From positions 1-64,000 of the forward strand of contig JBHLLT010000006.1 in assembly GCA_048938855.1 (NCBI GenBank): 64,000 nucleotides of DNA, in the 5' to 3' direction. This document shows, in pieces, positions 51,665-60,653 of the stretch; within the stretch, counting starts at the first letter, position 1; the number at the start of each line of letters is the position of its first letter. The notes below the pieces were generated by a model. That model made no database searches. It was given only the letters and a program-made list of their open reading frames with translations, and was not told the origin of the DNA. This DNA is from Promethearchaeota archaeon (GTDB taxonomy: Archaea; Asgardarchaeota; Lokiarchaeia; Sigyniarchaeales; SOKP01). The position numbers were made by a program, and so were the translations under genes.

Positions 51665-53458
51665 TTGAAAGACGATAATTTAAACAGAAAGGAAAATATT
51701 ATCAAAGAATTAATTAATTCTGGGATTAATATAACCCCCTCAACTTTAGAAATGCTTCTAAATTTAGATAATCCCTTAAAGAAAGTTAAATCAGTAATTA
51801 AGAGCGTTAGTTTTCTTCCGAATTTTAATAGTCATCTAACTGAGGAGATACTTCAGAATATATCAAAAGAGGATTCACAGAAATCACTAAAAAAGGTATT
51901 ATTAAAAAAGATGGAGTTAAAAATTACTCAAGAGAAAGAATTAAACCAAGCTATTGGAAAAGATGTATCCACATCAGTAAGTATAGAAACAAATGAGAAG
52001 ATACTGCCCAAATCTCAAAGATCCACTGAGAATACTTCTATGTTAGAAAATTCTGTGGCTTTAAATAACGAAAAAATAATTACACCTAATTCTTATGGAA
52101 CTTTTTCTAAAAATATTGTAAAAAGTAAGGTAAAGATGAGTAATGTTGAAGGATCGCGATCATCTCTTACCTTTAAACCGATAGCAAAAGAATTTACATC
52201 TTCTTATAGTATTTTAAAAGATCCTACGGGAAAACTTTATACAAGTGGAGAATATGAAGATTTCTATAATTTAACGGTAGATAAATTCAACAGACTTCGA
52301 AAATTAATAAGAAAAAGATCTGATGTTCTTTCTGCTAATAATATTAATAATATCCTAAGACTAACAAATAATGTTGAAGTATCAGCAATAGGATTAGTCA
52401 ATGAAATTCGAAAAACTAAAAATGGAAATTTCTTCTTAACTATGGAAGATCTTACTAATAACGTCAATGTACTTATACGTAAAGATTCAGAAAATCAAGA
52501 AAATGTAAAAATTGCAGAAAGAACTATTAATGATCAAATGATTTACATCGAAGGGACTTATAAACCAGGAGAAAAAGGAAAAAGTGGTATTATATATTGT
52601 AATTATATCTCCAAAATTGATGTTCCAAAGGATTTTGAACCTAATTTTTCACCAGATCCATTATCAATTGTTTTAATTTCTGACACTCACATCGGTAGCA
52701 AAGAATTTGAGGAAAAATTATGGGAAAGGTTTCTGAAATTCTTAAATGGAAAAATAGGTAATAAAACTCAAAGAGAACGAGCTGGAAAAATTAAATACAT
52801 TATAATAAATGGAGATTTAGTTGATGGTATTGGCATTTATCCTACACAAAAGAGTGATCTATTAATTACAGACATACATAATCAATTTAAAAGGGCAGCG
52901 GAAATCCTTTCTGAAGTACCTGATTATATTAAAATTTTTTATAGCTCCGGGAATCATGAACCCGTGAGAAATGCACTTCCTAGACCTGCTGTACCAAAAA
53001 AATATTCAGCGGAACTTATAGATCTCGGTGTTTTATGTATTGGAAATCCCTCACTTTTACAAACACATAATGTAAATACATTAATTTATCATGGTGATAG
53101 TATCCTTGATTTAAATATGGTGATACCGGGTTTAGATAACAATAAACCTGTAGATACAATGATTGAATTATTAAAATGTAGACATTTAGCACCCATCTAT
53201 GGAAAAAAAACCCAAATTGCTCCCACCAATAAAGATTGGCTCGTAATTGACAAAATTCCAGATATATTTCATACAGGCCACATTCACATTAATGGTATGG
53301 ATTATTATAATCACATTGCATTAGTAAATTCGGGATGTTTTCAGTCTCAAACAGATTTTATGAATTCATTAGGGATACATCCAACTCCTGGTATTCTCTC
53401 GATCATTGAACTAGATAGTCTTAAAGGAATTCAATTAGACCTAAAAAATAATATTTAA
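51665..53458 (+). CDS. polB: DNA polymerase D small subunit (DP1, proofreading exonuclease)
   Basis: ISDTHIGS, GDLVDG, GNHE, YHG, RHLAP, TGHIH. Confidence 0.96.
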   Translation: MKDDNLNRKENIIKELINSGINITPSTLEMLLNLDNPLKKVKSVIKSVSFLPNFNSHLTEEILQNISKEDSQKSLKKVLLKKMELKITQEKELNQAIGKDVSTSVSIETNEKILPKSQRSTENTSMLENSVALNNEKIITPNSYGTFSKNIVKSKVKMSNVEGSRSSLTFKPIAKEFTSSYSILKDPTGKLYTSGEYEDFYNLTVDKFNRLRKLIRKRSDVLSANNINNILRLTNNVEVSAIGLVNEIRKTKNGNFFLTMEDLTNNVNVLIRKDSENQENVKIAERTINDQMIYIEGTYKPGEKGKSGIIYCNYISKIDVPKDFEPNFSPDPLSIVLISDTHIGSKEFEEKLWERFLKFLNGKIGNKTQRERAGKIKYIIINGDLVDGIGIYPTQKSDLLITDIHNQFKRAAEILSEVPDYIKIFYSSGNHEPVRNALPRPAVPKKYSAELIDLGVLCIGNPSLLQTHNVNTLIYHGDSILDLNMVIPGLDNNKPVDTMIELLKCRHLAPIYGKKTQIAPTNKDWLVIDKIPDIFHTGHIHINGMDYYNHIALVNSGCFQSQTDFMNSLGIHPTPGILSIIELDSLKGIQLDLKNNI

Positions 53459-53497
53459 TTATTCTACTTATATCATAAAAAACCCAAATTTTTTCTT

Positions 53498-54178
53498 ATG
53501 AATTTTGCAATTTCTCGAAATAGTACTTCCGAAATGTTAATGTATATTTGGAAAATTCTTGATCTTCCTTCTATATTATATAAGGATTTACTTTTTAGAA
53601 TTTCATTTGATTTATATCTTGATCCACCAGAAAAAGCTAAAATTTTCATAAACAAATGTATACAAGAAAAATTTCTTATTAAAGATGATAACAATAATCT
53701 TAAATTATCAGAGAGTTTAAATAGACAACTCCTTGATTGGCAAAAAAAAAGAAAAATTATGGTTCTTAAAAAGGTTAAGACTGCTAATAAAATTGAACAC
53801 TTAAAAAATGATATTTCAAAAAAAACTACCAATTTTAGTGTTTTGATTAATGCATTTGTTGATAAGGGAACTCTAAATAGGGCTGTAACTGTGTCAGATA
53901 CTGCTTTTGAGATACTGAAATTTGATCCTTCTATAGGAATTATTAAGGCAAAAGTTAAAGGGACCAAGGAAGAATCATACATAATTGAAATTGATATAAA
54001 TAATAAAATACTACGCCATACATGTCACGACTTTGAATCAAGAAGAGCTGATATGAAAAAATTTTGCAAACATTTAATAAAACTATTTTTGCTGTTAAAG
54101 GAAAGAAATGAGAAACATGCTGAATTTTTTCTCACTAAAATTGCTGAAAATATTGAAATGTGGGATTTTACTATTTAA
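53498..54178 (+). CDS. Hypothetical protein with N-terminal DUF2240/wHTH-like region and C-terminal SWIM-like zinc finger
   Basis: 'AKVKG...YIIEI...HTCHDF...FCKHL'. Confidence 0.7.
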   Translation: MNFAISRNSTSEMLMYIWKILDLPSILYKDLLFRISFDLYLDPPEKAKIFINKCIQEKFLIKDDNNNLKLSESLNRQLLDWQKKRKIMVLKKVKTANKIEHLKNDISKKTTNFSVLINAFVDKGTLNRAVTVSDTAFEILKFDPSIGIIKAKVKGTKEESYIIEIDINNKILRHTCHDFESRRADMKKFCKHLIKLFLLLKERNEKHAEFFLTKIAENIEMWDFTI

Positions 54179-55482
54179 ATCAATTTTTTAAAGATGTTAT
54201 TTTTTAACTTAACTTTATCAGTTTGTAAAAAAATAGGTTTATGGTTCATTATTCCTTTTATCTTTTCAATAACAAATAATACTTTCTCTAATAATTCCAA
54301 ATCGATATCAAGTTTAATTATCTTAGTTCTACCATAATGCCCCATTGATTTGATTTCGGCTGAGATTATACCTGCTAATGATAATTCGTTAATATAATCA
54401 CTTATTCTTCTTTTAGTCAATTGTCGTATTCCTGGTAGTAATTTCCTGATCTCGGAGTAAACATCATAAATATCCCCTGAAATGATTACATGATCCGGAC
54501 TAAATTTTGAAATTAAATATATGGAAGCTAATATAAGTTGTGCTTGTAATGGCATAACCTTGATATATTCCATAATGTGATCATTTTCTAAATCTTCTTG
54601 AGCCTTCTTTACATGTTTGGTGGAAACAATTTTATTTTGATCTCTCTCAGCTAATTCCCCTGCTTTCCTTAATAATTGGAGTGCTTTTCGGGCATCACCA
54701 TGTTCCTTTGCTGCTAAAGCAGCACATAAAGGAATAACATCCTCTTTTAAAATATTCTCTTGAAATGCGATTTTAGCTCTTTCAATCAAAATATCTTTCA
54801 ATTCATTTGCGTCATATGAAGGAAAAACTATGTGTTCCTCACCTAAGCTAGAAATTATTCTAGGATCCAAATTTTCTCGGAATTTTAATTTATTTGAGAT
54901 ACCAATCATGCTTGTTTTACAATTATCCAAATTCTCATTTAATCTTGTTAAATCATATAGAATTTCATTTCCGCCCTTCTTATCGACTAACATATCTATC
55001 TCATCTAAAACAAGAAAGCATATGGAATACCCAATCTTAGAATCTAATAATCCTAAGAGCTTTTTGAATATAATATCTTTTGGTAAACCTGTGGGAGGAA
55101 TTTTCTCCTGTCTGGAAATTGTATTATATATGTGGGCTAAGATACGATAGGGGGTTGAAATTATATTACAGTTAATATAAATCCACCAAGGCTTAATTTC
55201 TGAATTCTGTTGAGCTAACTTTTGGCTTACATATCTTATAGTTGCCGTTTTTCCTGTGCCCGTCATCCCGTAACATAAAAAATTTGGAGGAGTATCACCT
55301 AATAGAGCACATGCAGTCTTTTCAGCGATATCTCTTATTTGAGAATCACGATGTGGTAACTCATGGGGGATGTAAGATGCATCTAAAGCATCTCTATTAT
55401 TAAAGATTTTAGATCCTTTAAGATAGTTCTTATAAAATTTATCGATATTAAATTGGTGATCATGATTATTATTTTTCAACAA
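54175..55482 (-). CDS. cdc6: Orc1/Cdc6 replication initiator
   Basis: LPHRD, GMTGTGKT, YINC, LDEID, GDARKAL, C-terminal wHTH with GHYGRT. Confidence 0.96.
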   Translation of the reverse strand: MLKNNNHDHQFNIDKFYKNYLKGSKIFNNRDALDASYIPHELPHRDSQIRDIAEKTACALLGDTPPNFLCYGMTGTGKTATIRYVSQKLAQQNSEIKPWWIYINCNIISTPYRILAHIYNTISRQEKIPPTGLPKDIIFKKLLGLLDSKIGYSICFLVLDEIDMLVDKKGGNEILYDLTRLNENLDNCKTSMIGISNKLKFRENLDPRIISSLGEEHIVFPSYDANELKDILIERAKIAFQENILKEDVIPLCAALAAKEHGDARKALQLLRKAGELAERDQNKIVSTKHVKKAQEDLENDHIMEYIKVMPLQAQLILASIYLISKFSPDHVIISGDIYDVYSEIRKLLPGIRQLTKRRISDYINELSLAGIISAEIKSMGHYGRTKIIKLDIDLELLEKVLFVIEKIKGIMNHKPIFLQTDKVKLKNNIFKKLI

Positions 55483-55521
55483 TTATAACTCCGCTACTCC
55501 TTTTTTTATGTGAAGAAATTT

Positions 55522-55574
55522 TTGCACTCGAAATTTTTTATGGGTATATTGCATATTTAAATTTTCTACTGGAT
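55522..55574. promoter_or_regulatory. Two inverted mini-ORB-like boxes upstream of cdc6
   Basis: TTGCACTCGAAAT (+, 55522-55534) and ATCCAGTAGAAAA (-, 55562-55574) fit YTnCAnTnGAAA. Confidence 0.45.
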
Positions 55575-55803
55575 ATTTAAAATTAATTATTAATCTTTAA
55601 TTTATTAGAAAAATGTTAAAGCCTTAATAGCTAATTTTGATGAATCTTTTTAATAATTTATAATATTATTGTCGGGATTTTAAAAGAATATTATTTATGA
55701 AGCAATATTTATTAAATTCTTATTAATAACTCATTCTATTAAAAAAAGTTTAATTTAATTAACTATTTATTTTACTAATGTAAAAACACTTTTATTTTAA
55801 CCT

Positions 55804-56574
55804 TTGTCCGCTAAATCTAACCTTTCCGAAACTGAAAAAAACAATAAAAAAATAGCGGTAATCTTAGCAATTACTTTTGCTTGTTTGATTTTAGGGAGTT
55901 TTATTTTAATAACAATAATGTTCAATTGGGCTGATTGGATTGCTTTATTAATATTCAGCCTTTTAATTATTGTTCCAGCATACATTTCAAATGCATCTAT
56001 GGTGATAACAGGGGGAGGTAAACCAATAGATGGTGGTAGAAATCTCCGAGACGGGAGAAGAATATTGGGAGATCATAAAACTTGGAATGGATTAAAAGGA
56101 CCGTTATATATTGGAATACCCATATCATTTTGTATCTTTCTTCTTTTTAATGGATTATGGGAGCCAATCAATAGAGTTATTATTGATGCAACCATGCAAG
56201 GGCAATATTCTTTATATGTTGATATCAATATATTTAAATATTATTTCATAGGAGGAAATTTTCCAATTAATTTCCTAGTTTTAATTATAAGGATTGTTTT
56301 AGCTTCATATGGTGCGGTATTGGGTGATTTGATAGGATCGTTTTTGAAAAGAAGATTCAATATTAAAAGCGGAGAACCATTTTGGATTATAGATCAATTG
56401 GATTTTGCATTAGTAGCACTATTATTCATCGCTATTCCAGGATTCATCGCTCCAAACCTCTTTTTCTTGCCAGATCCTTTCATTATCATTTTTCTAATTA
56501 TCTTGACTCCTGCAGTAAGTGTTATAGCTAACACAGTTGCTTATGTAATTGGTTTAAAAGATGTACCTTGGTGA
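55804..56574 (+). CDS. carS: CDP-archaeol synthase
   Basis: PAYISN, PIDGG...DGRRILGDHKTW, GDLIGSFLKRR, DQLDF, GLKDVPW. Confidence 0.95.
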   Translation: MSAKSNLSETEKNNKKIAVILAITFACLILGSFILITIMFNWADWIALLIFSLLIIVPAYISNASMVITGGGKPIDGGRNLRDGRRILGDHKTWNGLKGPLYIGIPISFCIFLLFNGLWEPINRVIIDATMQGQYSLYVDINIFKYYFIGGNFPINFLVLIIRIVLASYGAVLGDLIGSFLKRRFNIKSGEPFWIIDQLDFALVALLFIAIPGFIAPNLFFLPDPFIIIFLIILTPAVSVIANTVAYVIGLKDVPW

Positions 56575-56591
56575 GGAGTAATAAAATAACC

Positions 56592-57095
56592 CTATGAATC
56601 CTTGAATTTACACTTAACTTTCAATGGTGAATTTTGATTTTCAAAAATAACGAAATTTTCAAATATTTCATTAACAGCTCTAATATAATCTCCATTTCGC
56701 CCTATTGCAATTCCTCTTTCTTTAAAAAATAAAAAATAGATCGAAATTTCTCTGTTATTTGAATGATTATCAAATTCTATCTTGATATTTTCAATATTTA
56801 AATCTGGAAAAAAACTAAATAAAATGTTGATTAATATTTTTTCAATTCTTATAATAATTATCTTTCTATTTCCAATTTCCCTTCTCATAGAATCTAAATA
56901 CACTTTAGAGCAAAAATAATGTTGCTTTTTTACGAAGAAAAAGATAAATTGTCTTATAACAACCACAAATTCTGGATAGATTCCCTGTGTTTTTTCAAAA
57001 AAATATTCACGTAGTTTAAGTTCAAAATTCGAATATTTTTTTCTAAATGTAACTAATTGATAAAAAATTAAGTCATCCGCAATTGTATAGAACAT
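56592..57095 (-). CDS. Divergent NusA-like KH-domain protein
   Basis: 'RGIAIGRNGDYIRAVNE' KH GxxG motif; first KH motif is degenerate. Confidence 0.55.
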   Translation of the reverse strand: MFYTIADDLIFYQLVTFRKKYSNFELKLREYFFEKTQGIYPEFVVVIRQFIFFFVKKQHYFCSKVYLDSMRREIGNRKIIIIRIEKILINILFSFFPDLNIENIKIEFDNHSNNREISIYFLFFKERGIAIGRNGDYIRAVNEIFENFVIFENQNSPLKVKCKFKDS

Positions 57096-57205
57096 ACTTT
57101 ATTATTTTTTGTTTTCAATTTAAACTACTAAGAAATTTAATTAGTTAGAAATATCTTATTAATATCAAGAATTTCAAGCAGATAGAAATTTATTTAATTA
57201 ATTGA

Positions 57206-57649
57206 ATGAAGATGAAGAAAGTAGGGTACAAATTTTTAGATCACACTGCTGACGTTTCAGTCGAAGCTTTTGGTACAACATTAGAAGAAGCTTTTGAACA
57301 AACCGTTTATAGCTTAATGGAGACTATCACTCCTAGTTTAGGAGCAATATCCCCGATTATTGAAAGAAGTGTTGTAATTGAAGCTGAAGATAAAGAAGCA
57401 TTATTATTTGATTTTTTATCTGAATTTCTATATATTTTTGATGTAGAAGAACTAATATTCAATAAAATTGAAATTCAACCAATTATTAAAGAAAAAAATA
57501 AATATATTCTAAAAGCGGTAGCTAAAGGAGAAAAGTTTAATAAGCTCAAACATGAACCTGGAATTGAAGTTAAAGCTATAACTTACTCTTTTATGAATAT
57601 TGAACAAAAAAAGAATGAAGTCAAGATAAATATTATATTTGATATTTAA
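57206..57649 (+). CDS. Archease (RtcB activator)
   Basis: FLDHTAD, EVKAITY, terminal FDI. Confidence 0.95.
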   Translation: MKMKKVGYKFLDHTADVSVEAFGTTLEEAFEQTVYSLMETITPSLGAISPIIERSVVIEAEDKEALLFDFLSEFLYIFDVEELIFNKIEIQPIIKEKNKYILKAVAKGEKFNKLKHEPGIEVKAITYSFMNIEQKKNEVKINIIFDI

Positions 57650-57673
57650 ATTAAAACTAATAATCAAAAGGAT

Positions 57674-59146
57674 TTATCCTTTTACTACTCCTACAGGAAC
57701 TAATCTTACTATTTTTTCAACGATTTCAAGATCGTGGCTCACCTGAACAACTTGATCTATGTCTTTATATGCACCGGGTGCCTCTTCGGCAATCACTTTC
57801 ATCGAAGCTGCTCGTACCATAATTCCTTGTTTACTTAAACTATCTTTAACACGTTCTCCCCAATATTTTTTTGTAGCTTTAGCTCTTGACATTACTCTTC
57901 CCGAACCATGCGCAGTGGAACCAAATGATAAATCCATCGCATTCTCCTTCCCAACACATAGATAAGAAGCAGACCCCATAGTTCCTGGAATTAATACTGG
58001 TTGTCCAATAGATTTATATTTTTGTGGTATATCAGGATGATTTGGCGGAAATGCTCTCGTAGCACCCTTTCTATGAACGTTTAACTTCATTTTTTTACCA
58101 TCAATTTCATGTTCTTCAATTTTTAAGATATTGTGGCAAACTCCATAAATAAGGTGTAAATCTAAAGCATCTATATCTCTTTGAAAGGTTTGCTGAAATG
58201 ATTCTCTTAACCAATGTGTGATTAATTGACGGTTAGTAAATCCAAAATTAGCTGCACATGCCATTTGTTTTAGATAATTTTGTGCCTCAGGAGTATTTGC
58301 AGGTACGCACGCTAATTCTCTATCTGGTACTTTTATATTATATTGTTTCATAGCCTGCTCAATATTGCGTAAAGAATCTGAACATACTTGATGTCCAAGG
58401 GCTCTGCTTCCTGTATGAATCATAACAGTAATTTGATTCTTATCATGAATTCCCAACTTTTCAGCGATACTTTTATTATAAATTTCATCGACTTTTTGGA
58501 TTTCTAAAAAATGGTTTCCACTACCTAATGAACCAAGCTGTTTTATTGCACGCTGTTTTGCTTTCAATGAAACCAGTTTAGCATCTGCATCCATTAAACA
58601 TCCATTTTCCTCTAAATGATTAATGTCTTCTTCAATAGCATAACCATTATCTAATGCCCATTTTACACCATTATTTAAAACATCATCTAACTCTGAATAA
58701 CTAATATTAAGTTTGCCCTTCGAACCCAATCCTGAGGGGATATTTGTAAATATTCTATCCAATAAATTGGGAAGAACATTCTTAATATCATTAAGAAATA
58801 AATTAGATCTTAATAATCTTACACCACAATTAATATCATATCCTACTCCTCCAGGAGATATCATTCCTGTATCTGCATCTGTTCCAGCAACACCACCAAT
58901 ACAGAATCCATATCCTTGGTGGGCATCTGAAAGAGCAATCGCATGTTTTTGTATTCCGGGTAAACAAGCAACATTACAAATCTGATCTAATGTCCGATCC
59001 AACTTTATTTTCTCCAAAATATAATCATTAGCATAAATTTTTACAGGAACTCTCATCTGAAATTTTTCGATATTTCCTTTAATCCGCGACATTAATGTTT
59101 TTGGAGGAATTTCATAGATATTGTTATCAATTTTATTGACATTCAT
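57674..59146 (-). CDS. rtcB: tRNA-splicing ligase RtcB
   Basis: DAHQGYG, DINCG, GNHFLE, HTGSR, HN, HRKGA, HGSGR, EAPGAYK; no intein. Confidence 0.97.
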   Translation of the reverse strand: MNVNKIDNNIYEIPPKTLMSRIKGNIEKFQMRVPVKIYANDYILEKIKLDRTLDQICNVACLPGIQKHAIALSDAHQGYGFCIGGVAGTDADTGMISPGGVGYDINCGVRLLRSNLFLNDIKNVLPNLLDRIFTNIPSGLGSKGKLNISYSELDDVLNNGVKWALDNGYAIEEDINHLEENGCLMDADAKLVSLKAKQRAIKQLGSLGSGNHFLEIQKVDEIYNKSIAEKLGIHDKNQITVMIHTGSRALGHQVCSDSLRNIEQAMKQYNIKVPDRELACVPANTPEAQNYLKQMACAANFGFTNRQLITHWLRESFQQTFQRDIDALDLHLIYGVCHNILKIEEHEIDGKKMKLNVHRKGATRAFPPNHPDIPQKYKSIGQPVLIPGTMGSASYLCVGKENAMDLSFGSTAHGSGRVMSRAKATKKYWGERVKDSLSKQGIMVRAASMKVIAEEAPGAYKDIDQVVQVSHDLEIVEKIVRLVPVGVVKG

Positions 59147-59272
59147 ACTAACTTTATAAGTAAAACAATAATCAAAAATATTTTCCTTTAATCTAATAAT
59201 AAATAAAATATTCTTGGGATTTATAGAGGCTCTTTACTAATTTGTATTACTTATTAAAAAAGAATTACAAGT

Positions 59273-59998
59273 TTATTTTATGTCAATAAACGATAGTAAA
59301 CCTAAATCATCTAAACTTTTTATTATTTTTTGGATTTCTGACTCTGGCCGACCTCCTTCTTCAGCAATTTCAGCAATAGTATGAAAACCATCAGCGAAAT
59401 GAGCAATTTTATACTCCTTCTTATCTAGAAATCCTTGAGTAATAACTTGTTTTGGTAGTCTCTTCGCCGTCCATTCCGGCTTTTGATCACGTACTTGGCG
59501 TAAATCCTCCTCTGAAAGCACTAAACCCCTTTTTGCAATTTGCTTCTGAGATTTCTGAAAGTCTTTCTTAAAAATCTTTAAAATAGGAAGTCTTAATTGG
59601 ATCTCTGCAAGTCTACCATTTTGTAAAATCTCATCAATAACTTGATCAAAATCCCGGAAGATACGGACATCACCAGCCCAATTCTCAAGCTTATCACCAA
59701 ACTTCTTCACAAACTTATCAATAATATCAGTTAAGGCCTTATGTGTTATTTTTGCATCATCATTTTTATCTGCTGCTGCAGTTATCAATACTCCCTCCTT
59801 AAAGACCAAAAGCAAGTAAAAGACTTGCATATCAATTACTTTCAATTCTCCAGAACCCTTCGAAAATTCTACACTAAAATCCTTTAATGCTGTTAGAAAA
59901 CCGCTAACTAAATCTTGATTAAATTCTATAGTTCCATATTTACGATGGATTAAGCAAATTCCTGTTAATTGATGTATCAAATAAACATTGTGTAAAAT
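59273..59998 (-). CDS. Longin-domain protein with C-terminal winged helix (NPRL2-like architecture)
   Basis: 'HNVYLI...GICL...DLVSGFLTALKDF...KFVKKF' longin; 'DGFHTIAEIA...IIKSLDDLGLLSF' wHTH. Track start TTG 59980; probable ATT 59998. Confidence 0.8.
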   Translation of the reverse strand: MLHNVYLIHQLTGICLIHRKYGTIEFNQDLVSGFLTALKDFSVEFSKGSGELKVIDMQVFYLLLVFKEGVLITAAADKNDDAKITHKALTDIIDKFVKKFGDKLENWAGDVRIFRDFDQVIDEILQNGRLAEIQLRLPILKIFKKDFQKSQKQIAKRGLVLSEEDLRQVRDQKPEWTAKRLPKQVITQGFLDKKEYKIAHFADGFHTIAEIAEEGGRPESEIQKIIKSLDDLGLLSFIDIK

Positions 59999-60593
59999 GA
60001 GTCCTTAGCACCTCTTTCCTCTATTATAATGAAAAAAATTCTTTTAAAAAGTTTATATTAACATATTTTTATTGATAATAAGAATTTTACTATTTATAAT
60101 TACTGTTGAAAGACTAATTTGTAATGTTCTTATTACAATATTTTATTCCTCCATATTTAAATTCCTAATTAATTATTTTATGGCTTTTTTCTCTCCCTCT
60201 ATACTGAAGTTCTTACAAATTTTAGACATCGATTTTCAATCAGCTTTCTGTAATTTAAAAACTGTATGAGTAAACACTAAAAATTTTCTTATATAGTGTT
60301 CTACAAGAGCTTTTGTGTCTAAATTATCCCATAAATATGACAAGCTTTCGTATTTCAATATCTTGAATCCTATTTGATTGTAATTACCATTAAGATCTTG
60401 GTTTTTTAGTTTATGTTTTAGATTTTTAAGGATAGTACTATGGCCATTTCTAAGTGTGTTAATTATTTCATTATAAAGGTTTCCTGACTATTTTTGGAAG
60501 AAGGATTAAAGGAAATTATAACAGAATACTCATTAATACTCGTATTTAAAAGCGCAAAAAACCAAAATTTAATCATTCTGTAAAATCGAATTC

Positions 60594-60614
60594 AAAAAAT
60601 AAAAAAAAAAAAAA
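60594..60614 (-). terminator. Oligo-T terminator-like tract after the ABC substrate-binding gene
   Basis: Long A-run on + (T-run on -) ~40 nt past the stop at 60654. Confidence 0.45.
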
Positions 60615-60653
60615 TTAATTAATAGATTTTTATGATATGTAAATACTAATTTT

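Noticed and set aside
53473-53982. 169-aa minus-strand ORF, and similar antisense ORFs inside pan, rpoB, thiL, cdc6 and rtcB
   Set aside because: Antisense shadows of well-supported genes
47903-59146. Inteins in DP2, Cdc6 or RtcB
   Set aside because: Lengths are normal and no intein splice or LAGLIDADG motifs are visible
60072-60520. Short ORF and a start-less open frame downstream of the SBP gene
   Set aside because: No recognisable motifs or start context
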